Shown here: positions 50,849 through 61,184 of the stretch, in pieces
Position numbering within the stretch: position 1 is the stretch's first letter
How the letters are laid out: every line of letters begins with the position of its first letter
Origin: Podarcis pityusensis
Taxonomy: Eukaryota
Assembly: GCA_964106645.2 (NCBI GenBank)
Contig: OZ067038.1
Length of the DNA: 64,000 nucleotides
Direction: 5' to 3' (one strand)
Notes under the pieces: generated by a model
Told to the model about the DNA's origin: nothing
The model's database searches: none
The model's input: the letters and a program-made list of their open reading frames with translations, nothing else
Translations under genes and position numbers: made by a program

Positions 50849-53587
50849 TACCATTGCAAAGGACACAGGATTTATGTACCTCTACTCCCTCCCACCCTCT
50901 TCCTTCTGTTTATTTTTTTCCTTTCCACCACCTCACTTATTACAAACAACAACAGTATGATACTGTTCCCCAAACACAATATGTTTCAATCGCCTCTAAT
51001 TAGGGAGGCAATGAGTAGTTGGAACTGCCTTAAAGCGGTTAGATAAAATGCTCTTTTGAGCCATACCAAGTCTGTGATGTTATGTTGCTAATCTGAACCC
51101 AGATCCCTGCATCCCAAAGCAAGGTGTTTGATGACTAATAATCACCCTGTTATGTACCGTAGTTCTGATCTTGCATCATTTCTCTAATCTTAGTGTTCCA
51201 TTTTAAACCCAGCCCTGTAGCCAGAATCCTAATCCCACAAACCTGCAGCAAGTTCAGCAAAATATATCACACTCATTTTTTTCTTCCCCAATATTCAGGG
51301 ACGACAGCCTTATACAAACTGATTTTCAAAGGGAGCAAAATCATAAAAGGGTTCAGAGAGCTGTAATTCTAAGTGGATAAGGCAGAATGAAATCTTCCTT
51401 TACTTGTGACATTGCATAGTCAATTACCAGTCTCAGAAGTAATTTCAACTGACATAGTATTTAACGTAGAGATCCCATGCTGTAAGAATTATTGCTCCCG
51501 GTTGGAATGGCTTCAAAAACAACCCACCAAGATAATATTAGTTTTCATTTCACTTTTGGTCCCATGTGTCTAATCATAAGAGCTGAACAGTATGTCATGT
51601 GCAAAACATTGACTGGATGTTGAAGCTGTGACACTAAATGACAAAAGAAGGATATGCACAGTTAGCTAGGAAATGTACCAAACTGGATATTTTCCAATAC
51701 AATGCCACAGTAAATTAGATCTTTCGAAAAGGCAACCCATGTAATCCTAGGTTTGTTTGCTTTTTCCTTTCCATCTTCCTGCATTGTTCTAATAAATGCA
51801 AGTCCTAAAACAGAACAGAATCTTCTGCTGCTTATTTCCTTCTTGGGTGTGGGAAGAGGGAGAGACAGATGGGGGGGATTCTACCCTCTGTCTTCATACA
51901 CCCCATGTTTTTTGGGTTTGTGAACATGGAGTCCATGTGCAAACAACTTGTGCAGATGTAGCTTTGGTCAACATGAACTGAGATGCTATAAAAAGCAGGG
52001 AAAGTGCCTACAAACACATGAGATCTTTGCATGCAAAGTCAATAGGTATGTGGAGGTCGTGGTCAGGCAGGCCTAACAAGATGGAGCCCACAAATGAATG
52101 TCTCTGAGAGTGACAGGATGTGGGGACATGCCATACCTCCCAGGAAGGTTGTACAGAACAAATATTTAATAATAAATAAAGTAAATGTTTAACCCCACCT
52201 CCCCAATGGCTAAAAGTGACATGAACAGGATTTAGACAGATTTGTCCATTCCTAGTGTCAACCACCCCATTAAAATTATTAAATACAGGAATGCATTTGG
52301 CCACATCACTGCAAGGACTTGAAAAAGATGGCAGTGGTGGAGTTGCATAACTTCAGGAGGAGCAGGTAAGAACACAGCAGGTTTCAAATTGAGCCATGAA
52401 ACTTTCAATCCCAGTGCCACCTGGTGTACTCATTCTAATCATCTTGCAGGAGCTGTACTAACAGAGTCCCATGATACCCTTAACAGTAGATCCAAACTTT
52501 TGATTACCTGAACAATTGGATATCCTCCAGGCCTTCAGATAGATGGGACTGTGCTATACAGTATTTTTAATATCACCACTAACACTTAGGAGAATATCTA
52601 TAGCCCTCTGCATCTGGAATATGAAGGGTTAATGGGACTAGCATTTGTTTATTAAGCCCATCAAGTACAAGTTTCTGCAAATTTGTCAGTTATCTGAGCG
52701 AGGCCAGAAAAACAACATGGATCTTGAAAGAAAAAGAAAGAAAGAACTTCCCTGCCCCTGAGAATTAAAGAAAATGTACTGTAGATAACTAGATATCTCT
52801 ATGTAATGAATATTTTTATCAGATTCTATCATATGGCTCTGTATAAAAGAATAATTCTTTATCCATGTTAACAGTCAGTGAACATCATATTCACTTAATG
52901 GTACCACAATGGGATCAGCTGTCTTGTCAAGTAAATCTATTGCATCAACACCGTGTTTTATCCCTCGATCTTCAGCTTCGTGCACATAAAATTTTAATAC
53001 GTACAGTCTTCAGCAGAATGTTCTTTTGTCCATCAGTCACAAATGCATGGTTTCATCCTCTAGTACCACAGTATATTGATGTTACTGTGCATGGTTGCTT
53101 TTGGAATCCATCGCAAAGGAGACTGTAAGTTAAAAGGTCTTTTACATCAATTCTAGGGAAATCAGAAATGTGCATCTGTGGATATTGCTGCTTATGTTGA
53201 ATTTCCAATGGATTCATGTTCCTATCCTATAAAAAGGGCCCTGTTTTTAACATGAAAACAAATGTATTCTGTTTTGGTGGGGAAAATGTATATATTTTAA
53301 AGCATTTTGATCATATCTGCTCCATATTTGGATTTCCTGAAGAACTAGACTCGTTTTCCTATAATAACTTTCTGGCGAACTGTGGCAAGAGAAGTTTTAA
53401 CCTAATCCTGTGACTGAATCACAAAGAAGTATGGTAGAGGGCTTTAGTCAAATGAAACCATTCTCATGTTCAATGAACACATGTGGAAGTAATGGAAATG
53501 TGCATGCTAGGCACACCCTTTCCATGCCAATGTACCCACTGGTCACAGTCCATGACAGCCACACATTTGGTGTCCATAAGAAAGAGG

Positions 53588-53589
<2 letters not shown>

Positions 53590-53625
<36 letters not shown>
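53590..53625. repeat. (CA)n microsatellite
   Basis: CA run. Confidence 0.95.
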
Positions 53626-53627
<2 letters not shown>

Positions 53628-53898
53628 GTATGTAGGCTTCTCCAGCTATTGGGAATCTTGACTGGCTCAGACTTCTAATCAGGTGGAAAATCGCTATGTG
53701 CCTAAGGCTAGCCAATCAGAATTCCAAATACCATAGGTGAATCCTGATTGGCTTGGATTCGCAATCAGATGCACACAGATATATGTGTCACTTGTTAACA
53801 ATGACAACTGCTGGGGGCTGTGGCCACAGGACACATCACAGTGCAGGAGGTGAAGGCAGTAGGCACGTTCCTACTACCACTGTGGGGCACGTTTGAAC

Positions 53899-54818
53899 AA
53901 GGAGTACAACAAGGCTGTATATTGTCTCCCTGCTTATTTAACTTATATGCAGAATTCATCATGCGAAAGGCTGGGCTGGATGAATCCCAAGCCAGAATTA
54001 AGATTGCCGGAAAAAATATCAACAACCTCAGATATGCAGATGACACAACCTTGATGGCAGAAAGTGAGGCGGAATTAAAGAACCTCTTAATGAGGGTGAA
54101 AGAGGAGAGCACAAAATATGGTCTGAAGCTCAACATCAAAAAAACTAAGATCATGGCCACTGGTCCCAGCACTCCCTGGCAAATAGAAGGGGAATAAATG
54201 GAGGCAGTGAGAGATTTTACTTTCTTGGGCTCCATGATCACTGCAGATGGTGACAGCAGTCACGAAATTAAAAGACGCCTGCTTCTTGGGAGAAAGGCGA
54301 TGACAAACCTAGACAGCATCTTAAAAAGCAGAGACATCACCTTGCCAACAAAGGTCCGTATCGTTAAAGCCATGGTTTTCCCAGTAGTGATGTATGGAAG
54401 TGAGAGCTGGACCATAAAGAAGGCTGATCGCCGAAGAATTGATGGTTTTGAATTATGGTGCTGGAGGAGACTCTTGAGAGTCCCATGGACTGCAAGAAGA
54501 TCAAACCTATCCATTCTCAAGGAAATCAGCCCTGAGTGCTCACTGGAAGGACAGATTGTGAAGCTGAGGCTCCAGTACTTTGGCCACCTCATGAGAAGAG
54601 AAGACTCCCTGGAAAAGATGCTGATGTTGGGAAAGATTGAGGGCACAAGGAGAAGGGGACGACAGAGGACAAGATGGTTGGACAATGTTCTCGAAGATAC
54701 AAACATGAGTTTGACCAAACTGCGGGAGGCAGTGAAAGACAGGAGGGCCTGGTGTGCTCTGGTCCATGGGGTCACGAAGAGTCGGACACGACGAAACAAC
54801 AACAACAACAACAACAAC
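53899..54818 (+). mobile_element. BovB (RTE) LINE, 5'-truncated; RT C-terminal half with one in-frame stop
   Basis: GVQQGCILSPCLFNLYAE, NLRYADDTTL and FELWCWRRLLRVPWTARR; TAA at 54195-97 splits one frame; (CAA)n tail. Confidence 0.96.
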
Positions 54819-57524
54819 ACTAAAGTTTGTATCTCCATACGTTTGGCTGCAGTCTGCTCAAATGGCCACATCAAAATTTGCTTCTGAATCCCACAAAACC
54901 AGTGTAAGGAGGGCAACACCTGATTTGACTTGGTGCCAAACCCTTCAGAGGCTTTGAGTGTGCGCTTTTCTTATGATTGTTAACATGGCTTTGCAGGAAA
55001 ATGTAATAATGAGGAGAAAGCTCTGACATGGTTCTGATGTATCACAGTAAATGTTCATGCAGATGACCCATTCATGTAAACAAGATAACATTTGCTGCCT
55101 TCTCACGTCTCCATGCCTTTAAAAATGCAGCTTGGCCTTCTGCATAACACACACACATTCAGAAATGCACTTTGCCTGTTCTGTGCAGTCCCTCAAGATA
55201 CACCCTCATCCCCAGTGCTACCACTTCAGTATCACTTAAGAGTCATTGGTGAAAGTGCTGTTGCCACCACCAACACCAATGAGTTCAACCCCATTCCAGA
55301 GGCACATCATATATCCACCCCTGTCAAATATCCTACCCCTCCCCTTTTCTGGTGAACGGTGGCAAAAACTGAAGAGCGCCATTTTGGTTCAGCCTTAAAT
55401 TTAACTTTTGCCCTGAGGAAGAAATGCCACATTCAAAATGCATTGGGATTTTTACCTGGCAATAAAATATTACTTGCACTCACTGGCTTTCGGCTTTTAC
55501 ACCTGTTTGCAGTGTTTGATTAAATAATACACTTGTGGGGTAGGAAACTTGCCAGAGGGATGCTGATACAGTATCTGTCACAAGTGGAGTATCTCAACCA
55601 GTTACATTTCCTCACCTACAGCATCTTTAACTTATGGAATCTTTGACTGAGACCTTCTTGTGATTCTTTGACATGACAGTAATCCAACAAGCCCTATCAG
55701 GCTATTTCAATATGTCACCGATGCAGAATTCAGCAAAATGAAGTGTATGTGATACATTATACTATACAAGAGCACCATAGCTCCTTAATTTTATTTCTTC
55801 TGATGTCTTATTTTCCTCTCAGTTTTAGCTCTACCAACAGTGTATATTTGGAATAAAGTAATCATAATAAGAGTGATTTTAATAATATGATCCTTTGATT
55901 AAACTGCTCTTGATCTACGTCTAGAATAAAAGATCAAGTGATAAATTAAAAGCATAATATCCTTGCTAATGAAATCTGTTCTTTTTGTGGACTCTTTGGT
56001 CATCTCCGTCAGTATTTGCTCTCTAAAATCCCTAATGCAGTCCATTTATTTCAATAAGTTGCAAGTATACATACGTTTTATCAATATTATAGATTTCAGT
56101 TGTCAGGCTACATTAATTTCAATGTCAACGCCATCCACCATGTTCCTGGGTTTTGAACTGAATAGCTCAATGTACCAGTAAATACACATTATTCTTATTC
56201 CAGGATGAGTGACTTTGCAATGAGCTACTTTCATCTGAGAAGAACGCTTTCCTTTTGGTATCCCTCAGGTGTGAGTTTTAGTATACACATAGTCAAAGCA
56301 AGAGCTTGAAGAGCTCCCAAGGTTTTTTTTTCCTCTTCTTATTACATGTCAAAATCTTATTCTGTAGGCAGCTCCTTTTAAAGCAGGTTGCGATAAGCAG
56401 CTAAATCTAGATTCATCCTCCTTTCGCTAGAGGGAATCACCTTGCATCTGTTAAAACTAAGATTATCACCTGATTAGAACATCTGAGATCAGAAATGCTT
56501 TACATCAAGCTCAGGCAACAATCTAAATAATGAGGGCAGGAGAGAGAAAGAGTTGGAGGGAGAAAGAGAGATTGAGGATGTGGCCCGCATACTCATGTAG
56601 AGCTGCTGACACATCTTGAATACTTAGAGTTTAAATGCTAAGTTAATATAGAAGAATAATTGTGGATTTTTAGGCAGGGAGAAAAAGACGTGAATGGTGT
56701 ACGCACGCCTGTATTTATGCACTGGAGACTGAAAAGCACTTCCAATATTCTGTAAAAATTTACTATCTCCCCCCCCCCCCAGTAGAATAAGCCATATCCT
56801 TTATGCTTTTTTAATGACTCTGTTTCTCTCCCCCCTCCCTTTTAAGAATCTACATTCAACTTAATGTTTACTCGCTACGAGGAAATATTAGCAGGATAAA
56901 TGGATGCTTGGTAATCGGAAATACATTCTGTCTCAGAACCACCATAGTCAACAATTTCCATGTAATAAATGCAAGCATTTGAGAATAAAATTTGTAAAGA
57001 AAAAACCCCTGTATTGCTAACATGAATTCCAAAGAATCTGATGTGATGCTCCAAATTAGTCAAACCATAGAGTATCATTTGAATCTGTTTAAAGATAATT
57101 CTGATGGGTGTAGATGTCTACGAGATGGGTTTGGGGGCTTGTTCATATAGCACTGAAAGTGGGCTGATCTGGGGCTTATGGCGAAGCGGCTACATGTTCA
57201 ATGTATGCCAGCATTTTCCTGCAACACTATGAACCAATTCCTAGTGTGAAAACAGTTGACAGTAATGAATTTATGATGCCGGGTTAATTCCTTGTAGAAT
57301 AAAGGTTAGGAGAGAAGGGTTACAGTTAACTCCTTCCCCATTAACTACAAGGAATTTACTTATGCAATAAGAGGGAGGAAAAGATCACGTCAATTACATA
57401 CTCATTTCTTTGAAGAGGCACAGAGGAGAGTAGGGAGTCAAACCAGATTTCCCAGAAGGGAAAGTAAAACACACATACATACTCAACATATGCATCCTTT
57501 ATTGCCATCATTTATAGGTCATAC

Positions 57525-57690
57525 CATCTGTTTTGCATGCAGAAGGTGCCTAATTCAATCCTTAGGATATCCAGGTATAGCTGGGAATTCTCCCTGCCTG
57601 AAACCCTGGAGAGTCACTGCTAGTTACTGCAGAACATTACTCAGCTAAATGGGGGTAGTGGTCTGATTCAGTATAAGGCCGCTTTCTCTG
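57525..57690 (+). mobile_element. Decayed tRNA-derived SINE (Squam2-like)
   Basis: TTTGCATGCAGAAGG...CCTGCCTGAAACCCTGGAGAG...GGTCTGATTCAGTATAAGGC. Confidence 0.65.
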
Positions 57691-58194
57691 GGCCTATGGA
57701 CCCCTAACCACTTAAGCGAATGTGCAATGCAATCCTAATTATGTTTACTGAGTTCAGTGGGACTTACAACTTAGTAAAGGTAGCTCATATACAGGAGGCA
57801 ACCATTTTAGGCATGTCCAGTTGACACATGATCCCTGAAGCGTGGATCCTTTTGTACCCGGAAGATGGCAGAACGGGGGTGGAACAGAGCACAACAGAGG
57901 CGGGGCAGGGTGGGGCATAACAGGGCACAGTACATTTATTCATGCTCTGCTGACATGCATGGGGACTGGGAATGGAACGCCCACAGGAAATGATTGCCAC
58001 CTGTATACATGTAGATAATGTAAGTTGAGCAGTTAATGTGCATAGTAACCAAACATTTTGCACATTCACCAGGCCTCATACAGAATGCGTTCATGAAGAG
58101 GGCATTGTGCACATTTTTTTAGTCAATATACGTATGTAGGGTTGTAGCCAACTAAGCTTTATGCAGATTAGACCTCCTGAACTGAAGAAATCTA

Positions 58195-58420
58195 CAGTGG
58201 TACCTCAGGTTACATACACTTCAGGTTACAGACTCCGCTAACCCAGAAATAGTACCTCGGGTTAAGAACTTTGCTTCAGGATGAGAACAGAAATTGTGCT
58301 CCGGCAGTGCAGCGGCAGCGGGAGGCCCCATTAGCTAAAGTGGTGCTTCAGGTTAAGAACAATTTCAGCTTAAGAACAGACCGCCAGAACAAATTAAGTA
58401 CATAACCAGAGGTACCACTG
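58195..58420. mobile_element. Tigger-like MITE
   Basis: TA-flanked CAGTGGTACCTC...GAGGTACCACTG. Confidence 0.92.
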
Positions 58421-58599
58421 TACATTAGTCATGGGTGGGATTCTACTAAGTTGTTGCATGTCTGGGACAAGGTCTATTCACATAATAGGACTTCCCTCCT
58501 CTCCTTCCCCAGTGCCCCCTAGATCTGTCATGGAGAGTTGTGAGAAGCATGACAGGAGAAAAGGGGTTGTGCCAGCAGACCTTGTTCTCTGTATGCATA

Positions 58600-58846
58600 C
58601 CCCACCTAATGCAAGATGACCACCCAACCTCTGTAAGGAAGGAGAGTCCACCACTTCCTGAGGGAGTCCTTTCCACTGCCAAATAGCTCTTACCATCAGA
58701 AAGTTCTTCCTAATGTTTAGTCAAAATCTCCTTTCTTGTAACTTGAATCTATTGTTTTGGGTCCCCCCCTTCAGAGCAGGAGAAAACAAGCTTATTCCAC
58801 CTTCCATGGGACAGTCCTTTCAATATTTGAAGATGGCTATCATATC
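58600..58846 (-). mobile_element. CR1 3' fragment, abutting or interrupted by the L1
   Basis: Reverse complement of GATATGATAGCCATCTTCAAATA...AAACATTAGGAAGAACTTTCTGATGGTAAGAGC; homologous to 3328-3560. Confidence 0.85.
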
Positions 58847-59300
58847 GACTTCCGGTGCAGCGCGATCTCGTTACAAGCGGGGGTTTTACCGAGAGGGAAA
58901 CCCCGGGCTATTTTGGAGGATTAGGGGGGCTTTAGGGCGCGGAAGCCCCCCGAAAACATCTCTGGAGGGTGTCCAGAGAACCTGGTTCCCGTAGCGACTG
59001 GAAGCGACCAGCTCTGCTGTCAGGTAGCTTCAAACGAAGCGAAGAGAACGGCGGTGTTGCTCAGCGGGTCGAGGGAAGCCATTGCCGACCTCCATATAGC
59101 GAAGCCCCGGGCTTGTTGTGAAAGCGCTGCGCTCTCATACCAAAGAACTCCGACTTCAAAAACGCCTAATTTTGTGGTAATACTAACAAGGAAGTCGGGG
59201 AGTGAAACAAAGGTGTAAACGGAGTTCAGCTTGAAAACGGAATCTGCAAGACGCAATACGACTCCAGTGCTGGGAAAGTGAAAGTGAGTTGCCTTGGCGG
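58847..59300 (+). promoter_or_regulatory. CpG-rich internal promoter region of the L1 5' UTR
   Basis: Abrupt rise in CpG density beginning at GACTTCCGGT (ETS-like core). The promoter role is inferred from L1 biology. Confidence 0.6.
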
Positions 59301-60142
59301 ATACTTTGTTTTCTTCTCATTTATCTCCCTCTTAAAAGTAACTTTTGTGCAGAGACTCAATATTAAAAGGCTTGTGGGAGAAAAGGGGAGACCAGGGACA
59401 AATTGTTGCAGCTGAGAGTCCTTGAGGAAACGGAGGCTTGAAATAGACGAAAGGGGTACTTCTCCCTATTTTGAATTTAAAAGCGCAAAGAGAAGGGAAA
59501 CCGGAAGAGAAGGCTCCGTCGCCATTAAAAATTTCTGAGCGTGGTGGATTGAGGGAAAGCATAAGGAGAAAGGAAGAAAAAGAAAAAGACTATAACTACA
59601 TCTATTTCTGTGGCGGGGAAAATATAGACGCTTCGGATTTACTGCAAACACATCTCGGACTTACTGTAGATATACTATCCCCCTGCTCTTCAGGATTTTT
59701 GATATGTAGGAGAGATTGAATGTTTGTGAATCAAGATATTGTGATATCTCAAGAAACAGCGTTACTTTGAAGAGACTTGGTGACCTCTAGTGGCGAGACT
59801 AAGATTAACTGATTTACAACTTTTTGCTTCCACCCGCTTTTCTGTTCCCTCCTTTTTCTCATCTTACCTCACTCCTCTCCCAACCAACTTTACTTCTCTC
59901 TCTATTAACTCCAGCCTGTGTGTCTATTTGACTAGAGGAGTATTCTGAGTGGTTAAAAAGCTCCGCTGGGAGAGAACCATATATTGAATGAATGGTAAAT
60001 ATTTGGGTGGGAGATAGCAATTTCATGCAGTTTAAACAGTAAAAAAAAAAAAAAAAAAAAAGAGGGGGGGAATTGGAGGAGGGAAATATAAGTGAAGGTG
60101 CTATATGAAACAGGGGGAACAAGGAAAATATAAGAATACAAG

Positions 60143-61135
60143 ATGTCATATACGGTGAAGAAAGGTACGAATGGGGGGACTCCCGGAGAAAGGAGGGGGT
60201 CTAAGCAAGAAACAGATTCTAAGGCGGATATTGTGAAGATGCTAGTGGAGATTAAACAGAGTCAAAATAATTTAGAGCATAAGTTAGAACAAGTGGATAA
60301 TAAAATTGGAAATATGGATAAAAAGATTGATGAAACTGTTAGTGAACTCAAAGGCCAGATAAAAGAAGTATTTAGGAGAACGCAAAATGTAGAGGAAGGG
60401 ATAAAGAAGACAAGATTGGAATTAAAGGATATCAAACGGGACAAGGAAAGGATTAAAGCCGAAATGTTGGATTTAAATAAAGCACAAGAGGAGATAAAAG
60501 ATGTTATAGCAATGAATGAACTCCGGCAGAGAGAGGCGAATCTCAGGTTGAGAGCAGTTCCGGAGATACAAGGTGAAAATATTAAAGAAAGATTGATAAA
60601 AGAATTAGCAGATTGGATGGACATACCAGTAGAAGAAATGGCTAATAATGTGCAGAATGCATTTAGAATGCGTGCTAAAACAATAAGAGCGAAAAAATTC
60701 ATAGGTGATTGTTTGATTACATTTAGGGATAAGGAAGTGAGAAATAGGATTCTACAAAAAAACAGGGAAAAGAGGCTGAACATAGGGGGAAACTACATAA
60801 TCATCTTTAAAGATATCCCAATTAGATTACTTAAACGAAGAGACTTTTATAAACCACTAGCACAGACATTGAAGAAGAATAGAATTGAATTTAGGTGGGA
60901 GTTCCCCGAAGGAGTATCATTTGAGTACAGAGGCAAAAGACATAGGCTGGTAAACTCAGAAGAAACTGGGAAATTTTTGAGGAAGTATAAGGAGCTGAAA
61001 TCTGAGGAGGGTGGAGCAAAAGAAGCAGAGGGTGGATCACCAAGAGATATAAGAACAGAGGACGAACAGGAAGCGAGCGGAAGTAGATCGAACGAAGAAG
61101 AAGAAGGGGAGGAAGAAAACACAGAAAACTTATAA
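60143..61135 (+). CDS. L1 ORF1p (coiled coil, RRM, CTD, acidic tail), 330 aa
   Basis: Heptad-rich N-terminal half, REANLRLRAVPE motif, and IFKDIP...KRR...IEFRWEFP...YRGK C-terminal domain. Confidence 0.9.
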   Translation: MSYTVKKGTNGGTPGERRGSKQETDSKADIVKMLVEIKQSQNNLEHKLEQVDNKIGNMDKKIDETVSELKGQIKEVFRRTQNVEEGIKKTRLELKDIKRDKERIKAEMLDLNKAQEEIKDVIAMNELRQREANLRLRAVPEIQGENIKERLIKELADWMDIPVEEMANNVQNAFRMRAKTIRAKKFIGDCLITFRDKEVRNRILQKNREKRLNIGGNYIIIFKDIPIRLLKRRDFYKPLAQTLKKNRIEFRWEFPEGVSFEYRGKRHRLVNSEETGKFLRKYKELKSEEGGAKEAEGGSPRDIRTEDEQEASGSRSNEEEEGEEENTENL

Positions 61136-61184
61136 GGGAAAAAAGAGAGGAAAAGAAGGGAGAAAAAAGAGAAAAGTCAGGTGA

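Noticed and set aside
52289-52365. Plus-strand exon-like segment with CAG|GTAAGA donor
   Set aside because: The acceptor lacks a pyrimidine tract and 77 nt is not frame-preserving.
53067-53089. miR-144-like string CACAGTATATTGATGTTACT in a short hairpin
   Set aside because: No complementary 5' arm and only a 7-bp stem; likely chance.
54260-54919. 219-aa minus-strand ORF
   Set aside because: Antisense of the BovB RT frame.
60262-60783. 173-aa minus-strand ORF (also 60847-61122, 61304-61534, 62864-63184)
   Set aside because: Antisense shadows of the A-rich L1 ORF1/ORF2; biased composition and no domain motifs.
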